From the NCBI RefSeq assembly GCF_001194135.2, contig NC_068998.1:1983574-2047573 (forward strand): a DNA stretch of 64,000 nucleotides, read 5' to 3'. The DNA comes from Octopus bimaculoides. Its lineage: Eukaryota. A program made the translations under genes and the position numbers. The first letter of the stretch is position 1. Each line of letters opens with the position of its first letter. The notes beneath the pieces were generated by a model. That model had not been told where the DNA came from. It worked only from the letters and a program-made list of their open reading frames with translations, and ran no database searches. Below, piece by piece: positions 51,039 to 64,000 of this stretch.

Positions 51039-52199
51039 AAAAAAAAGAAAAAAAGAGGCAGATGTTTTTAGTCTGTCTTCAAATTGTTTTGTTTAAAATC
51101 TGTTTTGAATTGGAGACTGAGTTGCGAAGAAGGAATGAAGAAAAAAAAAAAGAAAATGGCATTGAAAGACTGGCCAAGGTATTCTGAATGTGTTCCACAG
51201 TTAATAGTCTGGAAGTGAAGAAGATTGATTCTGGAAGAAAAACCAAAATGTTGAGGAACAGCGAAAGACTTGACTGACAAATGAAATACAGTTAAGTGAA
51301 TGCAACTGAGAAGTTTTGAGTTCAAAGCCTGTGTGTGTGTGTTTACGGGGACGAAGTGGGGAAAACAAAGAAAAAAAACTGAAAAATATTCATTAAATCA
51401 CAATTTTTATGAAAACTCGTTTTGTTTTTTTGTTTATATTTTTCCTGTTTTTTTGTTATTTCTCTAGTTTAATAAATTCAGTGATTTTATCTGCATGTTA
51501 TTGCGTATGTATACAGCTATCACATATATGTATGTGTACAATCATTTATGCATACATGCATGATTGTGTGTGTGTGTGTGGTGGGGGTTAACTTCAGGTC
51601 AGTCCTGACTGCGATGACTCTTGATCAAAAGTGTGATATGCAGACGACATTAGAAAATATCCCTTCCTTATTTAAGGCAACAGAGAGGTTTAACTGTTGT
51701 TTCTTGCAGGTTTGGCAACCACATAGCAGCTCTCTCGATTATGTGTGTTTGTGTGTGCAGGCATGGCTATGTAGTTAAGAAATTTGCTTCCCAGCCATGG
51801 AGTTTGTGGTTCAGTCCCAAGGTGTGGAACCTTGGGCAATTATCTTTGACTATAGCTCTGGACTAACCAAAACCTTGCGAGTAGATTTGGTAGATAGAAA
51901 CTGAAAGAAGTTTGGTGACAGGAAGGGCATCCAGCCATAGAAAATTTGCCTCAATTAATTTTGTGTAACCCATACAAGCACAGAAAAGCAGACATTGAAT
52001 GATGATGTCTGTTGGCTTTATGCCTTTGAAGACAAAATAAGAAACCCCTTAATTGCAAAACAAATAAGGGGTTAGTAACAGGAGAGGAGTATTTGACTGT
52101 AAAACAATACCTCAATATGGTAACAAAAGGGTTAAGCAAAAAGCAATGTCTGGCAGGGGGTGGGGGGAGACTGGTTGATTATATCAGACACCCCTCCTC

Positions 52200-52355
52200 C
52201 TCATCAGTGTTTTGCTGGCACTCATTTATCAACCCTGAAAGGATGAAAGGCAAAGTTGACCTCGGTGGAATTTGAACTCACAATCTGAAGACAGATAAAA
52301 TGCTGTTAATCATTTTGCCTGGTGTGCTAACAATTCTGCCAGCTCGCCACCCTAA
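52200..52355 (-). mobile_element. SINE family D
   Basis: aaccctgaaaggatgaaaggcaaagttgacctcggtggaatttgaactc...tctgccagctcgcc. Confidence 0.7.
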
Positions 52356-53208
52356 TAACAACAACAACAACAACAAGGTAGAAATAGTTATGAATGTTCC
52401 TGAAAAGATTTGATCACTTTTGACATGAAAATCAACATTCTACTGGTACAAATCATTTTTTTAGGCCATGTTGTTTGTGATGTCTAAGAGAAGTGTCATT
52501 ATCTGGGACTGTTAAGCCAGTCTTGGTGACACAGTTACCAGTAAGAGTCAGGCTAAACCAGTTACAAATACCACCTTCAGTACGTACAGTTCTCACGAGG
52601 TCAACTACTACGACACACACACAAGATGAGGTGTGATTTGAAGGAAATTAAGCTGCTATTTTCACTATGGCTAGCTAGCACATAGTCAACATTAGAGTAT
52701 GAATTGAGGGAGGTTTGGTTGCTATTTCTACTAGGTCTAGTAACAATGTAGAGATTTTCCTCATTGACTTCTGCATATTTAACACAATAGGCTGTGTGAT
52801 ATGAAACCGGTTTCCTTTTCTATTTCTGAAAGGTTCAACTTTTCATAGAAATCCCCTTCGTTGCTGCTTTTATATCCTTTTTTTGTTTATACTTGTTTCA
52901 GTCATTAGATTGTGGCCATGCTGGGGCACTGCCTTGAAGAGTTTTTAGCCAAATGAATTGACCCCAGCACTTTTTTTAAGCATGGTTCATATTCTATTAG
53001 TCTCTTTTGCTGAACCACTATGTCAATGGAACGTGAACAAACCAGCACCAGTTGTCAAGCAGCATAGTGGGGGGAAACAGTCATACATACACACAGATCA
53101 TGTGACCACCCAAAAATTCTTTCCTTAGCTTGTAATTAATATCATAAATACCATAGGTGAGAATAATTAAAATTATGCCAAGGGTAGATGGCCCTGCTCA
53201 GTATGTAG

Positions 53209-53352
53209 AAAAGGAGTAGGTAGTAACTCTATAAGATGTACCCGGTGCAAGCTATGGACACATAAGAGGTGCAGCAACATAAAAGGAGTAGGTAGTAACT
53301 CTATAAGATGTACCCGGTGCAAGCTATGGACACATAAGAGGTGCAGCAACAT
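53209..53352. repeat. Perfect 72-bp tandem duplication
   Basis: aaaaggagtagg...gcagcaacat occurs at 53209-53280 and 53281-53352. Confidence 0.9.
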
Positions 53353-54414
53353 CAAAGGCAGGTTAACTAGCAAGTTAGTTTTTGTTTGTGGCAGATGTTC
53401 AGGTGCAATAAAGACTGCAAACAAACAGGAAACAACTTCNNNNNNNNNNNNNNNNNNNNNNNNNNNNNNNNNNNNNNNNNNNNNNNNNNNNNNNNNNNNN
53501 NNNNNNNNNNNNNNNNNNNNNNNNNNNNNNNNNNNNNNNNNNNNNNNNNNNNNNNNNNNNNNNNNNNNNNNNNNNNNNNNNNNNNNNNNNNNNNNNNNNN
53601 NNNNNNNNNNNNNNNNNNNNNNNNNNNNNNNNNNNNNNNNNNNNNNNNNNNNNNNNNNNNNNNNNNNNNNNNNNNNNNNNNNNNNNNNNNNNNNNNNNNN
53701 NNNNNNNNNNNNNNNNNNNNNNNNNNNNNNNNNNNNNNNNNNNNNNNNNNNNNNNNNNNNNNNNNNNNNNNNNNNNNNNNNNNNNNNNNNNNNNNNNNNN
53801 NNNNNNNNNNNNNNNNNNNNNNNNNNNNNNNNNNNNNNNNNNNNNNNNNNNNNNNNNNNNNNNNNNNNNNNNNNNNNNNNNNNNNNNNNNNNNNNNNNNN
53901 NNNNNNNNNNNNNNNNNNNNNNNNNNNNNNNNNNNNNNNNNNNNNNNNNNNNNNNNNNNNNNNNNNNNNNNNNNNNNNNNNNNNNNNNNNNNNNNNNNNN
54001 NNNNNNNNNNNNNNNNNNNNNNNNNNNNNNNNNNNNNNNNNNNNNNNNNNNNNNNNNNNNNNNNNNNNNNNNNNNNNNNNNNNNNNNNNNNNNNNNNNNN
54101 NNNNNNNNNNNNNNNNNNNNNNNNNNNNNNNNNNNNNNNNNNNNNNNNNNNNNNNNNNNNNNNNNNNNNNNNNNNNNNNNNNNNNNNNNNNNNNNNNNNN
54201 NNNNNNNNNNNNNNNNNNNNNNNNNNNNNNNNNNNNNNNNNNNNNNNNNNNNNNNNNNNNNNNNNNNNNNNNNNNNNNNNNNNNNNNNNNNNNNNNNNNN
54301 NNNNNNNNNNNNNNNNNNNNNNNNNNNNNNNNNNNNNNNNNNNNNNNNNNNNNNNNNNNNNNNNNNNNNNNNNNNNNNNNNNNNNNNNNNNNNNNNNNNN
54401 NNNNNNNNNNNNNN

Positions 54415-54617
54415 TTTCGTGCGGGTGACACGTAAAAGCACCCACTACACTCTCTGAGTGGTTGGCGTTAGGAAGGGCATCCAGCTGTAGAAACTCTGCC
54501 AAATCAGACTGGAGCCTGGTGTTGCCATCCGGTTTCACCAGTCCTCAGTCAAATCGTCCAACCCATGCTAGCATGGAAAGCGGACGTTAAACGATGATGA
54601 TGATGATGATGATGATG
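54415..54617 (+). mobile_element. RTE-type 3' end, little diverged, abutting a 975-N gap
   Basis: Common core ending gcggacgttaaacgatgatgatg... Confidence 0.8.
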
Positions 54618-55729
54618 TCTCCTGTTCTGCATTTTTTTTTTTTACCAAAGACCAAGATAACAGTAAAATATCTCATATTTATTAAGGTTAACAACCATGT
54701 TTTGAATAGATTTACCTTATCTGATAACGGTTATTATTTTAGCTGACTTCACACACACACACACTCATGTGTGTGTGGTGTACATATCTATGGGTTATGA
54801 ACCTCATTCTTCTTATCATATAACTTATTTTTAGGGTAATTACACAAACCCACACACTAACACCCATAGCTGTGTGGTTGTGGAGCTTGCTTCTCAACCA
54901 TGGGATTTTAGGATCAGTTCCATTGCATGGCATCTTCAGGAAGTGCCTCCCACTACACAACTACAGCCCAAGGCTGGCCAAAGCCTTGTGAGTGGATTTG
55001 GTAGACGGAAACTGAAAGAAGCTTGTCATACATATGTCCATATAAATATACACATATAGGTATGTAAGGTATATAACGATCCCATTTGGTCATGAATGAC
55101 TGGGATTGAACCTAGAAAGTTACCCTCTAAGGCACAAGTCCAGGCAAGGTTGTTTATGGATGACCAGCAGTCACCCATGCATACCAGCCTCCTCTCTCCA
55201 CACCACTGATGTTATCCGACGGAAATGGTAAGGAGGAGGATAAAGGTAATGTTGACGATAACAAGTAACTTCAAAACAGCCTTTGTTGATGCAGCAACAC
55301 TGACAAAAAGAAAAACATGACAACTAATACAAAAAAAATTTAAAAAACAACCCCATAGTTTTTCTTAAATCAATGTTGAGCACATTAAGACCGACACATG
55401 TAATCAAACTGAACTGCTTGATAACAAGTAAAACGACTTTTCGAATATAGAAAATGTGCAGTGAACTTTAAACCAGAACAAGCTATTTTGGAACGATTGG
55501 CAAATGGTATTCAAAGAAGAATAATAGGGGTTTTGATTTAGACATAAGGCTGACAACTTTGGAAGTTGGGGAGCTTAGTCAGTACTATGAATGCTGGTAA
55601 TCATTTGGTACTTTATTTCATCAATTCTGGAAGGATGAAAGACAAAATTGGCCTCAGTGTAATCTGTGAGTGGAACAGTAAAAACGTGAAGTTGTCTGTG
55701 TTAACTACATCCCAAAGATGGAGCCGTGT

Positions 55730-56030
55730 GTCTTTGTTGGAAACCAGCTTCCTCGTCAGTGAAAGATTTATAATCATTAAAATACAGAAGAGACATCAAG
55801 CTGAAGATCAGTGAAAATGAGAATAGTTACTCCATCTAGATTACAAGTTCAGGTTTACACCTGTAATTATTGGGGCCTTAGGGTATGTGACACACTGCCT
55901 AAATACCACTCTTGAGAAATTAGGCTTTTCAAAACCAGAAAGGAGAAAGCTGATTCGAAGAGTACAGATCCAATCCATCACTAGAACTGTAAAAATCCGT
56001 AAAACTTTCCAGAAGTTTATCACTTAAATA
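55730..56030 (+). mobile_element. RLE-clade (R4/NeSL-like) non-LTR retrotransposon 3' relic
   Basis: 55842-56027 reads YKFRFTPVIIGALGYVTHCLNTTLEKLGF...LIRRVQIQSITRTVKI*, resembling the C-terminus after a restriction-like endonuclease; upstream frameshifted DIKLKISENENSY. Confidence 0.55.
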
Positions 56031-57419
56031 TACATATGAGCATGTCTACATATGTAGCTATATGCATGAGAATACATACATACATACTCATATATATACA
56101 TACATACATACTTACACACACCTATGTAGTAGCAGTGATGATGGTTATAGTGACAGGAGTTGTAACCAGGATGAAGAGGGGAGTTGTGTTGGTGGTGGTG
56201 GTGATGGAGGTGGGGCAGTGGCGGTGGTGGTAGAGTTGATGGTGGGGGTGAGTGGGTGCTTAACCCTGATTGAGCAGATCTATGGACCATCTCATTTTAT
56301 CAGCTCTTCTTTTTCTATGTATGTAAGTCACAGTTTGAATGTGACCCAATTTTTGAAGCATTGAGGCCATGGGGTCAGAAAAAGGGGATGAATCTATGAG
56401 ATTAGAAAATGGGGATGAATAAATTTGCATGTTTAATGAATTTAAGATGATTTTCAAAACTTTATCAACTTGTGCTACCACAGAGTGGAAAAAGAATGAT
56501 TTATCTGCATGTAAAATGTATTTGTTTCTTTTAATAAAGATGATGATGATGATGATGATGATGAGGTGGCGGCGGAAGAGGAGGTGGATGTGCAGTAAAA
56601 GAAAAATTGCTTAGTTTTTTTTCTTTTTTGTGTGTGCATAGTCAGGTATGAAACAATACTTGCTATTTCTAGCTGGTTGTCCAATGGTGTAGGGGCACCC
56701 TTGGTTATGGTGACGGTAGTGCAAGGTGAACTTGAGAGAGTGGGGGTGAAAGAGATGGAGGAGAAAGTAGAGGGGAAAGAATGCGAGGGCGAGTAAAAGA
56801 GAGAGACAGAGAGGGAAAAAGAGAAAAAGAAGGGAAAAGAAAGAAATAAGAGAGATAGAAGAGAGAGAAGTCAGGGGAAAGATAGATAGATAGATAGATA
56901 GATGGTGAAGAAAGAGGGAGAGACAGAGAGCCAGCTAAAGAGAGAGTAAGTAGGTAGGGAAGAGGGAAAGTGAAAGAAAGAGAAACTGCGTTGTTGCCTG
57001 TAGTCTAAACAAGGGAGACAATTGCTAATTACGAAAATTCGCAGGTAAATAACCTTCACGGAACGAGATAGGTCTCTCAATGTGCACCTTGACCTGCTAG
57101 AAATTATAGCCAAATCTCCCTCAAATCCTGTCCTACCGTCTTTTCAAAAGACGATTCATTGCACAATGGTAATCCGAGATAAAGTATAACTTGATAAAAG
57201 ACAGGGTGGTCACAGCTGGAACACCTTTGGCCATGGGTCAGTTTGATCAGCCAACCAGTAGAAGAGCCTCTAACTCAGTTGTGGGCAAACTGCAGGACTT
57301 TCTGAATGATCTGCCTAACGAAAAATTACTTTGAATTTGTTTAGTAATGCAGTCTGCATGTATCATGCGGCCCGCTTCTCGAGAAAGGTAACCCGTATCT
57401 GGTCTTAATATTGACCCAA

Positions 57420-57640
57420 TCTAAGGCGGGGAGCTGAGAGAACCGTAAGCACACCGGACGAAATGCTTAGTGGCATTTCGTCCGTCTTTACATTCTGAGT
57501 TCAAATTCCGCCCAGGTCGATTTTGCCTTTCATCCTTTCGGCTGTCGATAAAATAAGTACCAGAGAAACACTGGGGTCGATCTAATCGACTTAGTCTTCC
57601 CCCCGAAATTGCTGGCCTTGTGCCAAATTTGAAACCAATA
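57420..57640 (+). mobile_element. SINE family D, best-preserved full copy
   Basis: ggcggggagctg...ccgtaagcacaccggacgaaatgcttag...ttctgagttcaaattccgcc...ggccttgtgccaaatttgaaacc. Confidence 0.75.
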
Positions 57641-59262
57641 TTGACTCGATTTGCTAAAAATAGCAGCCAAATCTCTCCTTCAAATCACATCCCTCTTAAA
57701 GAGAAGGTAGAAAACATGACATAATGTAGTGCTACATGATATTCGCCCCAACTATAGCAGGTATCTCTACCGTTTGGTACCCCACGAATTTGTTGGGTTT
57801 TCTTTTTTCTCATACCTTTATTAATGACGCATATATTTCATTGAGACTTTGCAGAAATATGCTTTTGAATGTTTAAATGCCAATTATGTTGATTTAAAAA
57901 GGAATTTAATTTTTTTTTTTTTTTCTGCTCATGATCATTTCACAATACGAAAAAGAATTTGACATCCAGGGTTGATTTTTTTTCTTGTATTGCACAATGG
58001 TATCAACATGAAATTGGAAGGCGCAATAAAAAAGATTGTGCTACTTAACGATTAATCTCCAAGATTATAAATCGAAAGTAATATTGAATAGTTTCGATTT
58101 CCTTCTAATGTACTGTACTAGGTTAAAAGCTAAATATGAAGTCGGAATTTTTGGTATTGTGCGTTCCAGTTTTATATTAACAATGAATAACATTTTTTTC
58201 TAATATGTTTTCCAATGATGATAAGCACTGAATGGTTAAAAGATATGAATTTTTCTTTTCGAATAAATTTTGAATTTGCATAAAAAAAAACTTCATCAGT
58301 ACAATCGTCAACTAAGCCTTCGGAAACATATCTTTGAAAAACTCTATTATAAAAAATTAATTATTCAGTATATTACAAAGGAATAAAGTCGGGTGGAGCC
58401 CTATACTGTAGGTATGTCTTCTAATACTACTGTTGAAAGCAAAACCAAGCAGAAGCAGGTGTGTCAGTTGGAGCATGCGCATTGATTGCATCTGCGGTTT
58501 CTATCTTTCACTCTCCCTCTTTCTTATATTTCTCTCTCTCTCTCTCTCTGTCGCTCTTTGTGTTTTTTTCCTTCTCTCCGCTCTCGCATTCTGTCTTTCT
58601 TTCTCTCTTTCCCTATCTTTTTCCCTTTCTCTGTTTCTTTGTCTTTCTCTCCCTCTCCCTCTCTCCATATCTTACGATATCTTTTTCTCCCCCTCCTCCG
58701 GCTTCTTTTACACGAGAGGTCCATTAACGGGAGATAACTTCAACATCTCTTGATGTCCAGCATCACCGCAGACGAAGCTGCTGCTGGGATTCCGTTTCAT
58801 GGGACCCACACAATTATATATATATACGTACAACGTAACATGATTTACCATTTGTCTTATCCTTATTCCATCGTTTCTAATTCCACATCTGCTGTTGAAT
58901 GAAAGAACAACAGCCCGGAACAGCGATTATAACTCTGTTATTTATTAACATTATCGAAAATAATGTTGACCAAAAGCGAAACGGAGAAAGAAAGTGAAAA
59001 GAGGAGAAATAAACACAGGAGAGGGGAGAGACAAGCAACAGCAAGTTTGCTCTAGAATGACATGATATCAAGGATATACTGTTGTCTACCAACACATACA
59101 CACAGATATATATATATATATAGATATATGCCTTGTTTCGTTATGGATCGCTGTTTATTGTTATCTGTATAAAACAGGGAAATAATTTTTAATTAGTAAG
59201 AAAATAAGGACAACAAAGACTGAGAGAGAGAAACTGATTGAAAGACAGAGTAGGAAAGACAG

Positions 59263-59302
<40 letters not shown>

Positions 59303-59755
59303 TAATAGTGCAAGATATATATATAGAGAGAGAGAAAGTAAGAGAGAAAGGGCAAGACACACATACACACTCGCACATAGTATATATATAGAGAGAGGGA
59401 GGGTGGGAGAAAGGAGTCTGGTGTCGGCTTTTGGCAAGAACTCATTCTTCTGAGGTGGAACTACGAGAAATTGAACCCTGGTATTCATGTTTACAGGAGA
59501 AGGAAGACTTGGAAATATTTTTGGATAATTAACGGCTTTGATCCTCTTGTCCTTTTTTTTGAAAAAAAAGGTAAGTTATATGGCAATCTTTCGTTTGTAA
59601 ATTGTACTGAAAACGAAAGATTATCACGTTATATTCTTACTTATTTTGATGTATTTTTGTTTCCAAAAGAGGGGGGGGGGGCTGATCAATTAATGACATG
59701 GTACACACACCTACGTGTGTGTGTGTGTGTGTGTATCTACATATATACACACATA

Positions 59756-59792
<37 letters not shown>

Positions 59793-60458
59793 CAAACACA
59801 TACACGTTACATACATATATACAAGTACATGTATATGCATATATATTCCGGTAAACGCACATACAATATATACATACATGCGCTTATACAATGTGTGTGT
59901 ATATATATATACATATATATATATATGAGAATGTATGTCATGTACCAGTTTCAGTCACTGGACTGACCAGAGTGGGGGCACAGCTTGGAGTATGTATGGG
60001 TGGGTGTGTGCAGCCATTTACACGATTCATTTCACATGATACCCAAGCCCATGCTGGAGTACTGCCATTATGTACTATATAGGTAAATATAATGCCTGTT
60101 ATGCATGTATATATACATACATACACACATATATATGTCGTGTACATATAGTTTATGTAATGTGTTATACGTATACGTAACACAATATTGATGTGCGTGT
60201 GTGTGTGTGCGTATATGTTAACAGGTCGGATCGCAGTATTTTTGTTTATCTTGTTTATATATATGTATATATACGTTTAAGGAGAACTATGTTGTTTGTA
60301 ATGGAAGAATACCTATGTTTATATATATATATATGTGTGTGTGTGTCGCCGTTATTTTCCTTGTCTGAATGACAGCTCTGACATTGTGGTTAGCAACAAT
60401 TGCCATGTTTATTTATTACTACCACAGATGGACGATGTTTGTAAGGCGAGTTCTTTCT

Positions 60459-60493
<35 letters not shown>

Positions 60494-61476
60494 AATATAT
60501 ATATACAGAGAGAGAGAGAGAGGGGGAGGGGCGAGAAAGTAAGAGAGAATCAGTGAAAGAGTTAGGGAGTGAACAAGTGAGAGACAGAGTTACATTCACA
60601 CACACACACACAAGTGCATACACATACATACGCACAACAAATGGGAGTAAGATACATACACAGATGGTGGATGAGAGTAAAAGAGAGAAATACATCGTGA
60701 GACAGAGAGGGGGGATTATAGATAATGTAGGAGAGAGAGTGAATGGGGAGGTGACAGAAAGAGTAGATGCAGTATAAAGGGAGAGAGAGAGAGAGGATAT
60801 GGAGTGAGTACGTTTCCTAAGTGACCTCTGTTTTTTGGGGGATTTCTTTTTCGACAGTGTTTTGTTATTTGCCCTTTGTGGTAAATATAGAAATCCTTAA
60901 TAAGGGCAGTGGATAACTAAAATCAGTAGAGTTACTGTCAAAACAATTTGTACTATTTAATTATGGAACTCTATTTTGCGAGTTCGAATCCTATTACGTC
61001 GTTGACTTTGCCTTTCATCGTTCTGGAGTCGAGGAAATGATGTATCAGTCAGAACTGGGGGTGGTTATATATAAATCGTCTCCTTAAAACTTCTGTACCC
61101 TTGTGATAGATTCAGTAGCAAAGTCCTTTATCGTGAGTGGCAGCAACGGTAAAGATCCTACAAGAAGGCCCTTGCCATATTTAGTTATGCCCCTTTACTT
61201 TTGGATTCGAATCACGCTGAGGTCGACCTTACTTTTTTATCCTTCTGGGGGTCAAACTAAGATTAATATATTTATCAAGTGCTGCGAGTTAATCGAATGG
61301 TGCCGCTGCACACTTCTGCCAAATGTATGGCCTTGAATCTGTGCTGTTAGCAATTGTTGTTTGTATTCTATGGAATTGTTAAATGGAATTTGCTATTTGG
61401 TACACGGAAGCCTGGCAGAATCTTGTCGTGTGTGGGGGTGGGGGTGTATGTATGTATATGTGTACGTTTTCGTGTG

Positions 61477-61510
<34 letters not shown>

Positions 61511-61719
61511 NNNNNNNNNNNNNNNNNNNNNNNNNNNNNNNNNNNNNNNNNATACATGCATACATACACGTGCGTTTGTGTGTTTGTATACCTGTTTCTC
61601 TCTTCGTGTGTGTGTGTGCATGTATTTGTGTGTATACATGTATATGTGTTTGTGCGTGCTTGTGTGTATATACACCAGCACATATATGCACACGCACAAG
61701 CATATATATATTTCTGTGC

Positions 61720-61759
<40 letters not shown>

Positions 61760-62200
61760 ATCAATCAATCAGTCAAACCCATTTTTCTCTCACTGCTGTC
61801 GAAAAGCCTTCTGCCCCACCCCTCCTCATCTCTCCATAACCTTTGACCTTAGGTACCTGACCTCTTAATTTTGACATTTTAGTTCCAGTTCTTCTTGGCT
61901 GCTGGCAGATGATGCTGCACATCTATTCAGTTGGCCACCAACAGTTCTTGTAGTGCTCATGCAATTAGTTTTAGGAGTCACTGAAGAATTTCTGGCTCTG
62001 CTGTGCTATAATAACTAACCTTGAGGGTGGTTATATATCGTCCTGAATGCCTTCAAATTTCTATCCCTTTGTCTTTGATTCATCAACAAAACCCTTTATT
62101 ACCAATTTGCATGTTGGCTCATTTTTGGGCGATCAGATAAATCAACTCCAGTACTTAAAGGGTTCTTTAGTTTATAAGCCTTGCAACGGTTGGCAGGATT

Positions 62201-62606
62201 TAACCCTTTACCATTGAAACCAGCCATAGGAAATCCAGATATTTTACCTGTTTTATGTTCAAACCAGCTAGATCTGGAATCTCACTCCTACCACCATCAT
62301 CATCATCATAATCGTTTAACGTCCGTTTTCTATGCTGGCATGGATTGGTCGGTTTGACTAGAGTCTGGGAAGCCAGGAGGCTGCATCAGGCCCCAATCTG
62401 ATCTGGCAGGGTTTCTACAGCTGGATGCCCTACCTAATGCCAACCACTAGGAGAGTGTAGTCAGTGCTTTATACGTGCCACCGGCACAGGGGCCAGAAGA
62501 GCTGGCATCGACCACGATTGGATGGTGCTGATATTCTTGAAATTAACAATCACATCATTGAAATCTTGAAGTTATAACATAATGCACTATAAATTAGAAG
62601 GGTTAA
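62201..62606. mobile_element. piggyBac-type MITE (family G) interrupted by an RTE-type insert at ~62291-62530
   Basis: TTAA|CCCTTT ... AAGGG|TTAA ends, with an (ATC)n-led insert in the middle. Confidence 0.65.
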
Positions 62607-63371
62607 TTAGACTAATTATTACTAATAAGGGTTAATTAGACTGAAACATAGCTGGAGTTATCTCCACATTGCCAAAGTTCCCCCACTGCAGGTCTTATTT
62701 GATTCATTTTGGTGTTATCTCCTTTTCTTTTTTTATTAATCAAGATTAGTCATTTAGATAATCAATTTTTATTATAGGTGGTGGTGGGGATGGAAAATGT
62801 TAATTAACATGTTTTGGTTTACTACATTCTGCATTCTCATGTGTGCCTGATGTCACTCATGGCAGATAATCTCGAGTGTCAATTATGGCAGGCAATATGT
62901 TGAGTGCCACTCCCAGCAAGTAATGTTGAGTGCCACTCAGGGCAGTCACATATCAGACAGTCAATTGGTAGAATTGTTAGAGCAGCATTTTGGCTTTGTT
63001 GCAATATTTGTTCTAGCTCTCCTTTCTCTGAGTTCAAATCCCACCAATGTCAACTTTAGCTTTCATCCTTTCAGGATCTTTAAATAAAATATAAACAGCC
63101 CATGCTGGTGTAGCACACTTCTGTCTTCCAGCTGCAACATCTTGAATGTTCCGCAGGGTTGAGGGTCAGGAGGACCAGCAAGGTATCTATGTCAACCTGA
63201 CACTACATGGACACCTAAATTACAATCAGCCATGTGAACTCAAGTGTTTAAAAACTCAGTGCCAGGCGGCACTGGCAATGACCATGCTCGAATGGTGCTT
63301 TTTATGTTCCACCGGCACGGGACCAGTCACGATACCAGTTATTAGTTTTATCTTTGATATCAAATAGTATG

Positions 63372-63590
63372 GTAGCGAGCTGGCAGAATTATTAGTATGC
63401 TGGGCAATATGCTTTGTGCATTTCGTTTGATTTCACATTCTGATTTCAAATTCTGCTCAGGTCAACTTTCCCTTTCTTCCTCTCAGGGGTCGATAAAATA
63501 AATACCACATAAGAGCACTGGGATCAACGCAATCGACCTACCCTCTTCCCTGAAATTGCTGGCTTTGTGCCAAAATTCGAAACCAATATT
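63372..63590 (+). mobile_element. SINE family D
   Basis: gcgagctggcagaattattag...ttcaaattctgc...ggggtcgataaaataaatacc. Confidence 0.7.
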
Positions 63591-64000
63591 CATTTTATTC
63601 TAAAATGGAAACGGTTCTTCTCTTTCTATTCTACTTCTACTCCATCTTCTTTTTCTACTTGGTTTCATTGTTGTAACTGGTTTTAGGTTTACAGCAGTAG
63701 TTCCTACTTCATAATGGTATTCAGCTCAGCAGGGCCTTCTAGTATTTAGAAAATAGCATCAGTTATTGCTCAGTGGTGCTTAACATGTTGTTCATACTTC
63801 ACAGCATTGTTTGTGCAACAGGCACAACAACAGTACATCCATTATTTATCAAGCATAGCAGAAAACTAATCCGACTCCTCTCTATTATCACAACATATTG
63901 GAAAAAAATCTCATTTTCCTCAGAACTCCGTTTATTTATTTATTTCTCCATTCATTATGATACAATGAAAATTCACACACACACACACACACACACACAC

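Noticed and set aside
53173-54538. ORFs of 350-420 aa
   Set aside because: Artefacts of translating through the N-gap

Overview
AT-rich, microsatellite- and SINE-dense animal genomic DNA with four N-gaps (2968-3052, 46051-46270, 53440-54414, 61511-61551). The repeat families look like those I associate with octopus/cephalopod genomes; this is an inference. Two housekeeping genes are reconstructed by hand, with canonical GT-AG junctions and consistent reading-frame phases. (1) Glutaminyl-tRNA synthetase (QARS1-like) on the minus strand has only 2 coding exons (33783-33433 and 30996-28981; 788 aa). (2) The U4/U6 snRNP protein Prp3 (PRPF3) on the plus strand has 19 coding exons (37670-50772; 664 aa), including a 21-nt microexon. 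The two genes are head-to-head. The rest is intergenic or intronic DNA with tRNA-derived SINEs, (GAT)n-tailed RTE LINE 3' fragments, TTAA-flanked piggyBac-type MITEs, an RLE-clade LINE relic and simple repeats. Best leads: a GC-rich, helix-rich ~300-nt island inside the single QARS intron (candidate intron-hosted ncRNA), the near-intronless QARS architecture, a 49-bp-arm inverted repeat between the divergent genes, and the PRPF3 microexon with an inverted SINE pair just downstream.
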